From positions 32,001 through 96,000 of the IMG/VR virus record IMGVR_UViG_3300043446_003702: 64,000 bases of DNA; one strand, written 5' to 3'. Within the stretch, counting starts at the first letter, position 1, and the number at the start of each line of letters is the position of its first letter. The position numbers were made by a program, and so were the translations under genes. Below the pieces are notes generated by a model. It was not told where the DNA came from and searched no databases. It was given only the letters and a program-made list of their open reading frames with translations. The stretch is from a virus. Positions 8,235 to 18,090 of this stretch are shown in pieces.

Positions 8235-8941
8235 CAATGTTGAAACACATAGGCCGACACGGTGACCGCAAGGTTGCAATCATATTTAGAGAACTACCTG
8301 GCGAAGAACACATGTGCTTGGTGATCTATCCTGAAACATTGCCCACTCACATACACAACACCATCATGAACATCTTGGAATCAGCTCCAGGACAACAAAG
8401 CCCCAACTTGGCTGATGTACTACATCGTAACTTGTTGCCTGATGGCAGAGTGATCTTACAGGCCTTGCACAACGAAGGCATGTTGAAGAAAATTCAAACC
8501 AACCAGGTCATTGTCACACCCACAGCACAGAGTTCGGTCAAACTGGATGAACTAAACAGGATTGTGAAAGAAATGGAAAGCGGTGCCGAAGCACTGAAAC
8601 GCATGCAAGAACTTGATGCCAGTGCTGGCATTGTTGATCCCGCTACCAAACGCAAAGCAGAGAAAGCATTCAAAGAAGGTCGACTCGCTGACGCAGAGGC
8701 CTTGGTAGCCCCATTGGCTGCGCCACAGACTGGTGCCTTGGATGACAAAGCTCTTGCGGCCAACATGTTGGCACAGGCCAAAAAGATGGAAGCAGATGCC
8801 AAAGGACTCATAGCTGAAGCGGCTAGAATGAAAAAGGAAGCACAAAAAATGTTTCCCACTGTGAACATGAAATCAGCCTCAGCACCCGTGGAAAGCACAC
8901 GTGGTCGTAAGAAAGCGGCCACAGCAGATGCAATTCAGTGA
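8231..8941 (+). CDS. Hypothetical protein with a C-terminal coiled coil and basic tail
   Basis: AAGGAG SD; 236 aa. Confidence 0.75.
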   Translation: MTMLKHIGRHGDRKVAIIFRELPGEEHMCLVIYPETLPTHIHNTIMNILESAPGQQSPNLADVLHRNLLPDGRVILQALHNEGMLKKIQTNQVIVTPTAQSSVKLDELNRIVKEMESGAEALKRMQELDASAGIVDPATKRKAEKAFKEGRLADAEALVAPLAAPQTGALDDKALAANMLAQAKKMEADAKGLIAEAARMKKEAQKMFPTVNMKSASAPVESTRGRKKAATADAIQ

Positions 8942-9230
8942 TGAATTTTTGGCACGTTGGGAACACATCATCGACGAAGTAGACATCACTGATGTGCCGC
9001 TTGAGTGTATCAAAAAAGTCATAGTCAAGTTGGTAGGCAAGCGTCAGCGCACCATCAATCTTGATCTGCTGAGACGTCAAGGTCTAAGCATTGACGAAAT
9101 AGAAACTGTGATGACTCGTACTCTCACTGATCTTGGCCCAGCAGTGCGCGACGTTGATTTTATTCTTGACGTTGGCGCCATTGCCACTATTGTACAACCC
9201 GAAACAGATAAACTATTAAAAGATCTATGA
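8928..9230 (+). CDS. Hypothetical protein
   Basis: ATG at 8928; ATGA-coupled to thyX. Confidence 0.65.
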   Translation: MQFSDEFLARWEHIIDEVDITDVPLECIKKVIVKLVGKRQRTINLDLLRRQGLSIDEIETVMTRTLTDLGPAVRDVDFILDVGAIATIVQPETDKLLKDL

Positions 9231-9907
9231 ATGTTCGCTTACTCAGCTATAGTCAACCTACCCAGGAATTTGCAACTCAAGGCATTGGCGATGCACAGGA
9301 ACTCATTGCATACTGCGCCCGTGTCAGCAATCCCTCAAACCAATTCAACACAGACACTTCAGAAAAACTCATCAGGTATCTTGTTCGACACCAGCACTGG
9401 AGTCCCCTTGAAATGGTCAGTGCTTGCATGGAAATTACGACAACAAGAGATATTGCACGACAGATCCTACGCCACAGAAGTTTCTCCTTCCAAGAGTTTT
9501 CGCAACGTTATGCTGACCCAACAAAGGATCTTGAATTCGTACTCAGAGAAGCACGACTACAAGACCCCAAGAACCGACAGAACAGCATAGAACTCATACC
9601 CGACACACCACAGAGTCGCAACCTGGCCACAGGCTGGGAACGTGCTCAACAGCGAGTGCAATTGGCCGCAGTTGAAGCATACAACTGGGCCATCAACAAT
9701 GGCATTGCCAAAGAACAGGCCCGTGCTGTGTTGCCCGAAGGCATGATGAGTAGTCGTCTGTACATGAATGGTACCTTGAGATCATGGATTCACTTTATCG
9801 AACTGCGCAGTGCCAATGGCACACAGAAAGAGCATCAAGCAGTGGCCCGAGCCTGTGCTGAAGCCATTGCAGCAATCTTTCCAATGGCATCGACACTGGC
9901 AGACTAA
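9227..9907 (+). CDS. thyX: FAD-dependent thymidylate synthase
   Basis: ARVS, HWSPLE, ThyX motif RHRSFSFQEFSQRY, KEQARAVLP and LRS...TQKEH. Confidence 0.95.
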   Translation: MNVRLLSYSQPTQEFATQGIGDAQELIAYCARVSNPSNQFNTDTSEKLIRYLVRHQHWSPLEMVSACMEITTTRDIARQILRHRSFSFQEFSQRYADPTKDLEFVLREARLQDPKNRQNSIELIPDTPQSRNLATGWERAQQRVQLAAVEAYNWAINNGIAKEQARAVLPEGMMSSRLYMNGTLRSWIHFIELRSANGTQKEHQAVARACAEAIAAIFPMASTLAD

Positions 9908-9918
9908 TCTGCTACAAT
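9890..9918 (+). promoter_or_regulatory. Sigma70-type promoter with extended -10
   Basis: TCGACA-17 nt-TACAAT with a TGn extension; ATG at 9924 lies 5 nt downstream. Confidence 0.55.
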
Positions 9919-9923
9919 GTGTG

Positions 9924-10244
9924 ATGGCATTGCATAACGATCCAATCAATTCCACACATTATCAAAAACCAGAATACCAAATCATCGACAACTGTGTTGT
10001 GCGCTTCAGTGACATCTGTGTGCACGAGTTCACCATGGGCGATGTTGAAGATCCAGACTTGTACGCAGCCGACCCACTGTGGAAGTGGCAAAACAGCGAA
10101 GCAGGTAAATGGGTAATGGAACATGCGGTAGAACAACCTTACTGGATTCGCCAAGTCGATCAACACAGTTATGGATACAGGTACAAAATTGTAGCCAGAC
10201 TCAGCGAACCAATGCAAACATTTTTTAAATTGAAATTTCAATAA
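9924..10244 (+). CDS. Hypothetical phage protein
   Basis: VHEFTMGDVEDPDLYAA...GKWVMEHA; start revised to the ATG at 9924. Confidence 0.65.
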   Translation: MALHNDPINSTHYQKPEYQIIDNCVVRFSDICVHEFTMGDVEDPDLYAADPLWKWQNSEAGKWVMEHAVEQPYWIRQVDQHSYGYRYKIVARLSEPMQTFFKLKFQ

Positions 10245-10275
10245 ATATCAAACACCCCCAACACAAACTCCCACT

Positions 10276-11781
10276 ATGTTTAATCAAAAAATCTTGTGCA
10301 TAGGCAACGAGACTGAAGATACTGACCATCAGGTTTCTCGGTTGTCAGAAGATCAACAAACTATAAATCATGGACTCATATGTAACAAATCGTTTGTTCC
10401 TGTTGAGTCTGGATACTATCATGTCAGCGTAGCAGACATGCCACCCGGTGCAATTGCACACATGGCCTTGAATTTTGATCAAATAATTATGTTAGATCAA
10501 CCCAAAGAATCTTATCCACATTGGAAGTCATTTGTTGGAACATTTAGACTAATGTATGATCTAGAACAAACTGGGCACAATGTGGTTTATCGTAACAACA
10601 AGTGCAACAAGGACATTGGTTTTTGGCACACTCTGTTAAGAGAAAACAAAAGTGTTTGCTTCTATCCATTTTTAGGATTAATAGACAATCTTGGAAGCAC
10701 AGGGATCTGTCCCAAAAATTTTGACGGATTTACTCATATAAACAATATTGAAGATTGGCGCAGTAGCCACAAATATAATATGATGCGTGAAAAAATGCTG
10801 CGCGGAGAATTGGTGACAGAATGGTGTCAAGATTGCTATCAACAAGAATCACTTGGGCAAGAAAGCACGAGACAATTTGAAACTCTTGAATGGATGACAA
10901 GATTAAATTTTACTTCTATTGATGACTTAAGAAAAATTAATGCTCCAGCATACTATGAGATTCGTCCCAGCAATAAATGCAACATCATGTGCCGTACTTG
11001 TGACAATGGTCGTAGTCATTTGATTGAAAAAGAATGGAAAACCATCAACATTCCATTATGGCATTGGCAACCCGCTAACATTACTTTTGAACATGTTGAT
11101 TTTGACACTGTAAAAAGAATATATGTTGGAGGTGGTGAACCAACTGTGATGGCAGAGTTTTATGATTTTTTAAACAAGTGTATTGCCAATGGTCACACTG
11201 ATTTTGAATTGGTTATCGGAACCAATGGTGTGAAATTCAGTGACAAGATCATGCGTTTGTTCAGTCACTTCAGCGACGTTTGTTTTTCAGTCAGTTTTGA
11301 TGGATACAAACAAGTAGGAGACTACATTCGTTGGGGCAGCAACTTTGACACTGTGGTTGCAAACACTCACATGCTGCTGAATCATGGACACAAAGTAGGT
11401 TTACAAACTGTTTTTTCTGTTTACAATGCTACACGAATGCATGAAATTTTTGAATTTTATGATCAAGAATTTCCTACCTCAGGCCTGCTGGTGCAAACTG
11501 CAGGATTTCGTGATGACATAATGGATTGCTACAATAATCCCTGTCCTGAGCTGGTGATAGACTCCATGAAAAGATGTACACAAACAAAGATTTACTATTC
11601 AAACGGAAGATCTTGCAAAACGCAAGTGGATGCAATGTTAAATTGGTATTCAAATCAATATCAACTCGACACAAAAAAATTAAACAAGTTTTATGAACTC
11701 AATGATAAATTGGATAAGGCACGTGGCAGCCGTCTGATTGATTACATTCCAGAACTGGCGCAAGCAAGGAGCATGTCATGA
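10276..11781 (+). CDS. Radical SAM protein with N-terminal extension and SPASM/twitch-like Cys domain
   Basis: CNIMCRTC, GGEP and TNG motifs; upstream CFYPF...C...CQDC. Confidence 0.85.
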   Translation: MFNQKILCIGNETEDTDHQVSRLSEDQQTINHGLICNKSFVPVESGYYHVSVADMPPGAIAHMALNFDQIIMLDQPKESYPHWKSFVGTFRLMYDLEQTGHNVVYRNNKCNKDIGFWHTLLRENKSVCFYPFLGLIDNLGSTGICPKNFDGFTHINNIEDWRSSHKYNMMREKMLRGELVTEWCQDCYQQESLGQESTRQFETLEWMTRLNFTSIDDLRKINAPAYYEIRPSNKCNIMCRTCDNGRSHLIEKEWKTINIPLWHWQPANITFEHVDFDTVKRIYVGGGEPTVMAEFYDFLNKCIANGHTDFELVIGTNGVKFSDKIMRLFSHFSDVCFSVSFDGYKQVGDYIRWGSNFDTVVANTHMLLNHGHKVGLQTVFSVYNATRMHEIFEFYDQEFPTSGLLVQTAGFRDDIMDCYNNPCPELVIDSMKRCTQTKIYYSNGRSCKTQVDAMLNWYSNQYQLDTKKLNKFYELNDKLDKARGSRLIDYIPELAQARSMS

Positions 11782-12749
11782 CATTTTTAGTAACCGGCGG
11801 TCTAGGTCTTATTGGGCACAACGTTGTGGCACGGCTACAAGCACGTGAAGAAAAAGTTGTGGTTGTAGACACCAAGACCACGTATGGTATCATCCCGCAA
11901 GCAGAGATTGACTACTTGATGGAGGAACGGCAGAAAAAGATTGCTCCAGACACACCCATCTACCCTTACGATATCACAGATGAGTCGGATATGGATTTTG
12001 TAATAGGTGAGCACCGACCCCGGGTGATCATTCACTGTGCCAGTTTTCCCCGGCAGAAAGTTGTCAATGCCAACCCTGCTCACGGCGCAGACGTCATGAT
12101 GCGGGGTTTGATCAACCTGCTTGAGAGTGCCAAAAAACATGGCATTGAAAGGTTTGTGTACATCAGTTCAAGCATGGTGTACGGAGACTTTGAAGATGAT
12201 GTGCTGGAAGATGATGAGTGTAATCCGCAAGGACAGTATGGCATTATGAAACTGGCCGGAGAGTGGCTGGTCAAGGACTATACACGTCGTTGTGGGTTTG
12301 AGTATGTGATCATTCGCCCATCAGCAGTGTACGGACCACTGGATGTGGAAGATCGTGTGGTGGCCAAATTCATGCTCACAGCCCGGCGTGGTGGTGTGCT
12401 CAAGGTAAATGGTGCTAGTGAAACCTTGGACTTTACCTATGTGGATGATGCTGCCGACGGCATTGTGGCAGCAGCCACACGCATCATGTGCCGCAATATG
12501 ACATTCAACATCACCAAGTCACATAGTGTAAGCCTGCTGGAAGCCGCTGAAATGATTGTGAAGATTGTGGGTCAGGGCACAATTGAAGTACGTGACAAAG
12601 ACGCAGACTTTCCCAGCCGCGGTGCCTTAAATATTGATCGAGCAAGAACAATATTAGGTTACGATCCAAAGGTAGATGTTGAAGAAGGATTTCAAAAGTA
12701 TCATGAGTGGCTTGAAAATTCCATTTACTGGAATCCAAAGGCAGTATAA
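11778..12749 (+). CDS. NAD-dependent nucleotide-sugar epimerase/dehydratase (extended SDR)
   Basis: VTGGLGLIG, SSSMVYG, YGIMK, VYGP and DFTYVDD. Confidence 0.92.
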   Translation: MTFLVTGGLGLIGHNVVARLQAREEKVVVVDTKTTYGIIPQAEIDYLMEERQKKIAPDTPIYPYDITDESDMDFVIGEHRPRVIIHCASFPRQKVVNANPAHGADVMMRGLINLLESAKKHGIERFVYISSSMVYGDFEDDVLEDDECNPQGQYGIMKLAGEWLVKDYTRRCGFEYVIIRPSAVYGPLDVEDRVVAKFMLTARRGGVLKVNGASETLDFTYVDDAADGIVAAATRIMCRNMTFNITKSHSVSLLEAAEMIVKIVGQGTIEVRDKDADFPSRGALNIDRARTILGYDPKVDVEEGFQKYHEWLENSIYWNPKAV

Positions 12750-13794
12750 CAACCTACGCACTGAGATTCTGGATGCAACCGATACTGTGTTGCGTTCAGG
12801 ACGACTCATGGATGGCAATTCGACCTTTGAGTTTGAACGTTGGTTGGCTCGACGCAACAGTGTTGACTATGCCGTGACCTGTCATTCAGGCACACAGGCC
12901 TTGGAAATCATTGCTGCCTATTACTACCTAGAACTTGTCACAGCATGGGGTACTCGTCAACCCGTGGTAGTGGTGCCGGCCATGACTTATCCCGCAACAC
13001 TGAATGCATTTGCCAGAGCCGGCTGGCAGTTGATCATTGCTGACACAGACAGATATGGACAACTAGACATCAATCGCATACCAGATGAATCAGTGGACAT
13101 GCTGTGTGCTGTTGGACTGTATGGACAAAGCATCACCAACATGCTTCGTAATGCCAACAAACCCATTGCCAGAGTTGTAGAAGATGCTGCACAACATTGG
13201 CTGGCAGATCATTGCATACGCACCGGAGACACTGCCATCAGTTTTGATCCCACAAAAAACTTAGCCAACTACGGCAATGGTGGCGCTGTGATCACCGGTT
13301 CAAGACGTCTGATGGAGTTTGCTAGAAACTGGATCAGCAATGGCAAGCGAACCAATCACGGTGAATTGGGCACCAACAGTCGCATGAGCGAAACTGACTG
13401 TGCGCAGATGTTGGTAAAAACGCGGCACATTGATGCTTGGCAAGCACGACGTAGAAAGATTGCTGAACACTGGTGCCAAGGTCTGCGTGACCGGGAAGGC
13501 ATTGTGTGCTTGATAGATGACTCAAACATGCGTGATCATTGTTTTCACAAGTTTGTGATCACAGTGGACAATCGTGATGCTGTGGTGAAAAATTTAGCCC
13601 TGCGTGGGGTGGAAACACGAGTACACTATGCCACACCCATGCATGAATTGCCAGCGTATCAACACTATGTAGGTCCAGACTTGTTGAGTGCGGCGTCTAG
13701 TTTGGCACGTAGATGTCTAAGCCTACCTATGTATCCTGAACTCACAGATTCAGAAGTAGAGTATGTTATTGATGCGGTGTTAGATTCCGTTTGA
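12703..13794 (+). CDS. DegT/DnrJ/EryC1/StrS-family sugar aminotransferase
   Basis: SGTQAL, EDAAQ, SFDPTKNL (PLP lysine), GTNSRM and LSLPMYP. Confidence 0.92.
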   Translation: MSGLKIPFTGIQRQYNNLRTEILDATDTVLRSGRLMDGNSTFEFERWLARRNSVDYAVTCHSGTQALEIIAAYYYLELVTAWGTRQPVVVVPAMTYPATLNAFARAGWQLIIADTDRYGQLDINRIPDESVDMLCAVGLYGQSITNMLRNANKPIARVVEDAAQHWLADHCIRTGDTAISFDPTKNLANYGNGGAVITGSRRLMEFARNWISNGKRTNHGELGTNSRMSETDCAQMLVKTRHIDAWQARRRKIAEHWCQGLRDREGIVCLIDDSNMRDHCFHKFVITVDNRDAVVKNLALRGVETRVHYATPMHELPAYQHYVGPDLLSAASSLARRCLSLPMYPELTDSEVEYVIDAVLDSV

Positions 13795-15769
13795 CAAACG
13801 CATAAGTGGCCAACCACTCCCACTCATAACTCTTTTTCAACTCATCGAAGTTGCCTGCCACACTGTCCCAATACTCTATGCCATCTTGGGCACCCTTGAT
13901 GCTCCACTGATCTGCACTGTGGTCCACCGTAAGCCATTTGTCTAGTCTATAAGCACTTTCAACATCAGGCAGGCTGGATTTCAACTTGATCACTTCTCTA
14001 AACGCAGTGCGCCAGGCCATCCAAGGCGTGCGATCATAGAATGCCTGCCCAGAAACAATGGGCACTACTTCGTGTGGCTGGTCCAAGGTAAAGTCTAATC
14101 CTGGTCCTGTGTTAGCCAGCACCAATCGTTTGTTGTAGGCAATCATGGCCTGATGTCCATACACCAAGCCATTGACTGGATTGTGTGCATGAAATATGTA
14201 GTGCTTGGGTTGTTGCATGCGATCTGGCTGCCATGACCAATCAAAACGATCACTGACTTCCAGTTTGGCAAACACAGCAAAGAACCATGGGGTAGTGCTG
14301 GCTCTGGCAGCAGCATGATAAGCAGCCACTCGGCCTTGTACATTTTTTATGTGATGAATTTTATTGGCACCATTGTGTTTGCGTACTGTACAGGCTAGAT
14401 GATTTAGATTGTAGTCAGCCATGCGTTCACCATTTTCAATGAACACAATGTCCAAGGGTGGGTCTTGTAAGATTCTCTGTGTTCGGTCTATGTAGGCATA
14501 GTCATACAACTGTGTTTTTATATGCGGTACAGCAGTGCGTGGCACTATCACTGTGCCAGCACCTGAACTCACAGGCACAATGGCTTTGGTTTGTTCGCGC
14601 CACAGTGGCACAGTGATCATGTTACCGGGCACATAGTCCAAGTTAGTGAATGTGGCCAAGGGCCCAGCCCAGGCAGTGTTTTTTACTGCATCTACTTGGC
14701 TGTCGTTGTCATGCAAGATCACAGGCATAGCACGTCGTGGCACAGAGGTGCTGATAAAGTTCACCTCGGTCCATTCCAATAGCTCTTTCTTTTCTGCGCG
14801 AGCCGCAAATGAAGGCACATGCATGAAAAATGTGTCGCCAAACTTTTGATCATTGCTGGCAAACACATGCAACATTGTGGCCTGCCACTGTTCAGGATGC
14901 CACGAAAAGTCAAAATTGCTGTAGTCACAGATGCTGCTACAGATCCACACAAACTCATGTTCAGTGCCTATGCTCCGGGCAATGCGAATCAAGGTGTCTC
15001 TGTAGTTGTCAAAGTAGCGTACAGTGCGTGTGGTGTTGGCGATCTTGCCTGCGTTGCCGCACAAGTGATCTATTTCGTATATGGCAGTGGCCACGCGGTT
15101 GGTTGTAGCACGTATTTGATCCACGTACTTGATGTCTGTGGCACCAGGCACAGTATATCTAGGTCCGCCTGTGCGTTGATGCTGTGTGCCAAACTGATAG
15201 ATGTATGGCGGATCAAAGGGATTTGGGTGCCAAGACTGATCAACTGGCTCTACGCCTGCTGGCACAGTCCACAACTTTTTGGTAGGCCGTGCTACAGCAT
15301 ATTGCGCTGTTTCTAGTTTAATTTTGTCAACATTAGGATTATAAACTGGCCCACCTGCTGGTTGCCATTGTGTGGGAAAATGATGTTGATAGTGATCGCT
15401 GGGCAATGGATGCCATGAAAAGTCAAAACTGTCTGTGTCTATGTTTGGGGGTATACACCAACCATCACGACTGCTCAGTCTCTTAATCACACGGTCGGTA
15501 TGATAATTGGTGGTTTCATAGCCTGCTCGTGGCACGAGATAGGTACCCGAATCTGACTGCCATTGACTGGCCCATGCATGCCGTTGTTTGGACTCCCAGG
15601 GCACCGGCTCCCAAAGAAAATTCCAATCATTGTAATCCGCTAAGTAGTGCACAATCCAAAAAAAACGTGTGCCACTCAACTTTTGTGCATGCTGGAATGA
15701 ATCTACCCGCCGCTCGTGCGGGAACAAATTTGGCTTACCTCCATCACTGAAATAAAATACGTCAAACAT
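13766..15769 (-). CDS. Multi-module glycosyltransferase-like protein (degenerate GT-A repeats)
   Basis: Repeated F(D)xSW(H/Q)P modules. The C-terminal domain is paralogous to 31998-32966 (HAAARAS, NPVNGL.YG, AWR.AFRE..K). Confidence 0.6.
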   Translation of the reverse strand: MFDVFYFSDGGKPNLFPHERRVDSFQHAQKLSGTRFFWIVHYLADYNDWNFLWEPVPWESKQRHAWASQWQSDSGTYLVPRAGYETTNYHTDRVIKRLSSRDGWCIPPNIDTDSFDFSWHPLPSDHYQHHFPTQWQPAGGPVYNPNVDKIKLETAQYAVARPTKKLWTVPAGVEPVDQSWHPNPFDPPYIYQFGTQHQRTGGPRYTVPGATDIKYVDQIRATTNRVATAIYEIDHLCGNAGKIANTTRTVRYFDNYRDTLIRIARSIGTEHEFVWICSSICDYSNFDFSWHPEQWQATMLHVFASNDQKFGDTFFMHVPSFAARAEKKELLEWTEVNFISTSVPRRAMPVILHDNDSQVDAVKNTAWAGPLATFTNLDYVPGNMITVPLWREQTKAIVPVSSGAGTVIVPRTAVPHIKTQLYDYAYIDRTQRILQDPPLDIVFIENGERMADYNLNHLACTVRKHNGANKIHHIKNVQGRVAAYHAAARASTTPWFFAVFAKLEVSDRFDWSWQPDRMQQPKHYIFHAHNPVNGLVYGHQAMIAYNKRLVLANTGPGLDFTLDQPHEVVPIVSGQAFYDRTPWMAWRTAFREVIKLKSSLPDVESAYRLDKWLTVDHSADQWSIKGAQDGIEYWDSVAGNFDELKKSYEWEWLATYAFVKRNLTPHQ

Positions 15770-16955
15770 GATTAGAATAGATGAAATTTATGATAATACA
15801 ATCTGGCCTTGGATAAAACGTCATCATCCTGGTGTAAGGCTTTGGTGGTGCGAACCATTTGGTAGAACAGATCCTGACAGCTTAGTTAATTATGGCAGTG
15901 ACGACTTAATCGAACACAATTATACACTATTATGGGACCAAGAGCCTATTCATTTGAATTTGCATTTGCCCACATTTGAACGAGTTGTTAGCAACAATAA
16001 AAATTTGCATTTAACAGTAAATTACCGTAACCGACTTAATCAATTAGCAATTAACAATGGATATAGCAAACCACTCAATGTCAATTTACAAGTGGGTGCA
16101 ATTATTACCAGCGAACGCGACAGTGACACAGTTGATACAGTGTGCAAACAGTTTGGCTGGCGCAGTTACTATTATTTTTTTCATGGCTGGGCCGCATTGG
16201 ATTGGTATCGTGGATATGACCGAACTTTTTTAATCAAGCCTTGGACTGAAAGAACAATTAATCAAACATTTTTAGCACCAAATCGTATAGTAGCAGGAGA
16301 ACGCAAGCATAGATTGGAAATGCTATATTGGATATTCAAACTTAAAATGAGCAACAATCACGTATCATGTCCTGCTGTGTGCCCTGCCGAAAACATTGCT
16401 ATACTAGATGCTATAAAACCGCTAAAAGCCAAGTATGCAGACATAGAAACAGTTTTTTCCCAACAATCATTGCCCATGAACTTCAAAGACGAAACTGGTC
16501 ACCCCATGCAATCTTGCTGGCTTGATTTGTTTGATCAATCAGCTGAAAGTTTGTTATACTTGGTGACTGAAACCGTGGCCACTGGTCGTAGACATCATTT
16601 GACTGAAAAAACTTTCAAGCCCATTGCCATGGGCATGCCATTTATCATTGTGGGCACACAAGGCAGCTTGCGTTATTTGCGCAGTTACGGTTTCCGGACA
16701 TTTGGTGACCTGTGGGATGAAAGTTATGATGATGAACCTGATGACTCAAAGCGTATAGAAAAAATTGCACGAGTATTGTCGCTGTTGGAGAGCTTGGAAG
16801 AAGATCGTCAGGCCATATTTGAAAGTGCCTGGGATATCATCCAACACAACTGGAATCATTTTTATAACGGTGGCTTTGAAGCAGTACTATGGGAAGAACT
16901 AAAGGACATGTTGAATGAGCTTGAATTTGATAGCAGATCGAGTAATCAAGGGTAG
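15768..16955 (+). CDS. GT-B/GT10-like protein (TET...TEK family), paralog 1
   Basis: LVTET...LTEKTFKPI...PFIIVG...LRSYGFRTF...WDESYD. Confidence 0.55.
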   Translation: MIRIDEIYDNTIWPWIKRHHPGVRLWWCEPFGRTDPDSLVNYGSDDLIEHNYTLLWDQEPIHLNLHLPTFERVVSNNKNLHLTVNYRNRLNQLAINNGYSKPLNVNLQVGAIITSERDSDTVDTVCKQFGWRSYYYFFHGWAALDWYRGYDRTFLIKPWTERTINQTFLAPNRIVAGERKHRLEMLYWIFKLKMSNNHVSCPAVCPAENIAILDAIKPLKAKYADIETVFSQQSLPMNFKDETGHPMQSCWLDLFDQSAESLLYLVTETVATGRRHHLTEKTFKPIAMGMPFIIVGTQGSLRYLRSYGFRTFGDLWDESYDDEPDDSKRIEKIARVLSLLESLEEDRQAIFESAWDIIQHNWNHFYNGGFEAVLWEELKDMLNELEFDSRSSNQG

Positions 16956-18090
16956 AATATATCCTGCCTTGGCTCGTCACGAAGCATATCCCTACACACA
17001 AGGTTGGCGTGAGTTTGGTCAACACTGGCCACACACCACACCATTACGATTGCAAGAATACTGTGACCATCATGGTGTCAAACTCAACATCATTAACATT
17101 GATGCTGAATGGCCCACTGATGCATTTTATCCTGTGGGCTTGGGTTTCTTTGACTTTGGCATTGATTATTTTGAACTAATGCCTGAGCGCATACGTAAAG
17201 GATTGTTCAATAGCAAAGTGCGTGTGTTGTTTTATTATCACGAAGGTGACAATCCTGAACGAATCAAGTCCAGACTAGACCAACTATGCATCAAACACAA
17301 TTTGAGCAACAATTGCTATGTGTTTGTAAGCTCTAATTCGACAGCCAGCAACATTCCAGGATTTGTGGCGTTCCAAGACAGTGAACTTTGGTACTGGCAA
17401 CGCAATCATTATTCTCCGCCATTGGCCATACACAATCAACCAAGAGAACGTGATTTTACAGTGCTCAACAGATTGCACAAATCTTGGCGTGCCATGGCCA
17501 TGGCTGATTTGCACCACAATGGCATATTAGACAACTCTTATTGGAGTTATTGCCAACCAGGCGAGTTTGTGGATGCAGACTGCCCTATTGAAATTGACAG
17601 TATTCCAAAATTGCGGGCAAGAACTGCCAAATTTCTTCAGTCAGCACCTTATGAGAGTGATACGCTTGATAACGATCAGCGAAACAATCATAGCATGTTG
17701 GTATCTAAGTATCATATCAACAGTTATTGTAATATTGTAATGGAAACACATTTTGACATAGGTGGCGGGATACTCTTGAGTGAAAAAACATTCAAACCTA
17801 TTAAACATGGTCAAATGTTTTTTGTAGCAGGTGCTGCGGGAAGTTTACAAGTTCTACGAGATTTGGGATACCGTGTATTTGATGGTATTTTAAACAACAG
17901 ATATGATTTAGAAATTGATGCTACCAAACGATGGATGGCCTTGATTAGATCTATTTTTTTTGCTCGATTGGATTTGCCGCAACTATTTGAATTGTGCCGT
18001 GCCGATATAGAACATAATCAACAGTTATTTCAAACCCGCAAGGCTGAACGTTTAAATAATCTTATCAAGGAAATCAATGAATCTCATTAA
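16915..18090 (+). CDS. GT-B/GT10-like protein, paralog 2
   Basis: LNR, IVMET...LSEKTFKPI...LRDLGYRVF. Confidence 0.55.
   Translation: MSLNLIADRVIKGRIYPALARHEAYPYTQGWREFGQHWPHTTPLRLQEYCDHHGVKLNIINIDAEWPTDAFYPVGLGFFDFGIDYFELMPERIRKGLFNSKVRVLFYYHEGDNPERIKSRLDQLCIKHNLSNNCYVFVSSNSTASNIPGFVAFQDSELWYWQRNHYSPPLAIHNQPRERDFTVLNRLHKSWRAMAMADLHHNGILDNSYWSYCQPGEFVDADCPIEIDSIPKLRARTAKFLQSAPYESDTLDNDQRNNHSMLVSKYHINSYCNIVMETHFDIGGGILLSEKTFKPIKHGQMFFVAGAAGSLQVLRDLGYRVFDGILNNRYDLEIDATKRWMALIRSIFFARLDLPQLFELCRADIEHNQQLFQTRKAERLNNLIKEINESH

Noticed and set aside
10248-10275. G-free, C/A-rich leader before the first rSAM gene as a possible ncRNA
   Set aside because: It is only 28 nt with no pairing potential; more likely an unstructured leader after the TAAATA at 10242.
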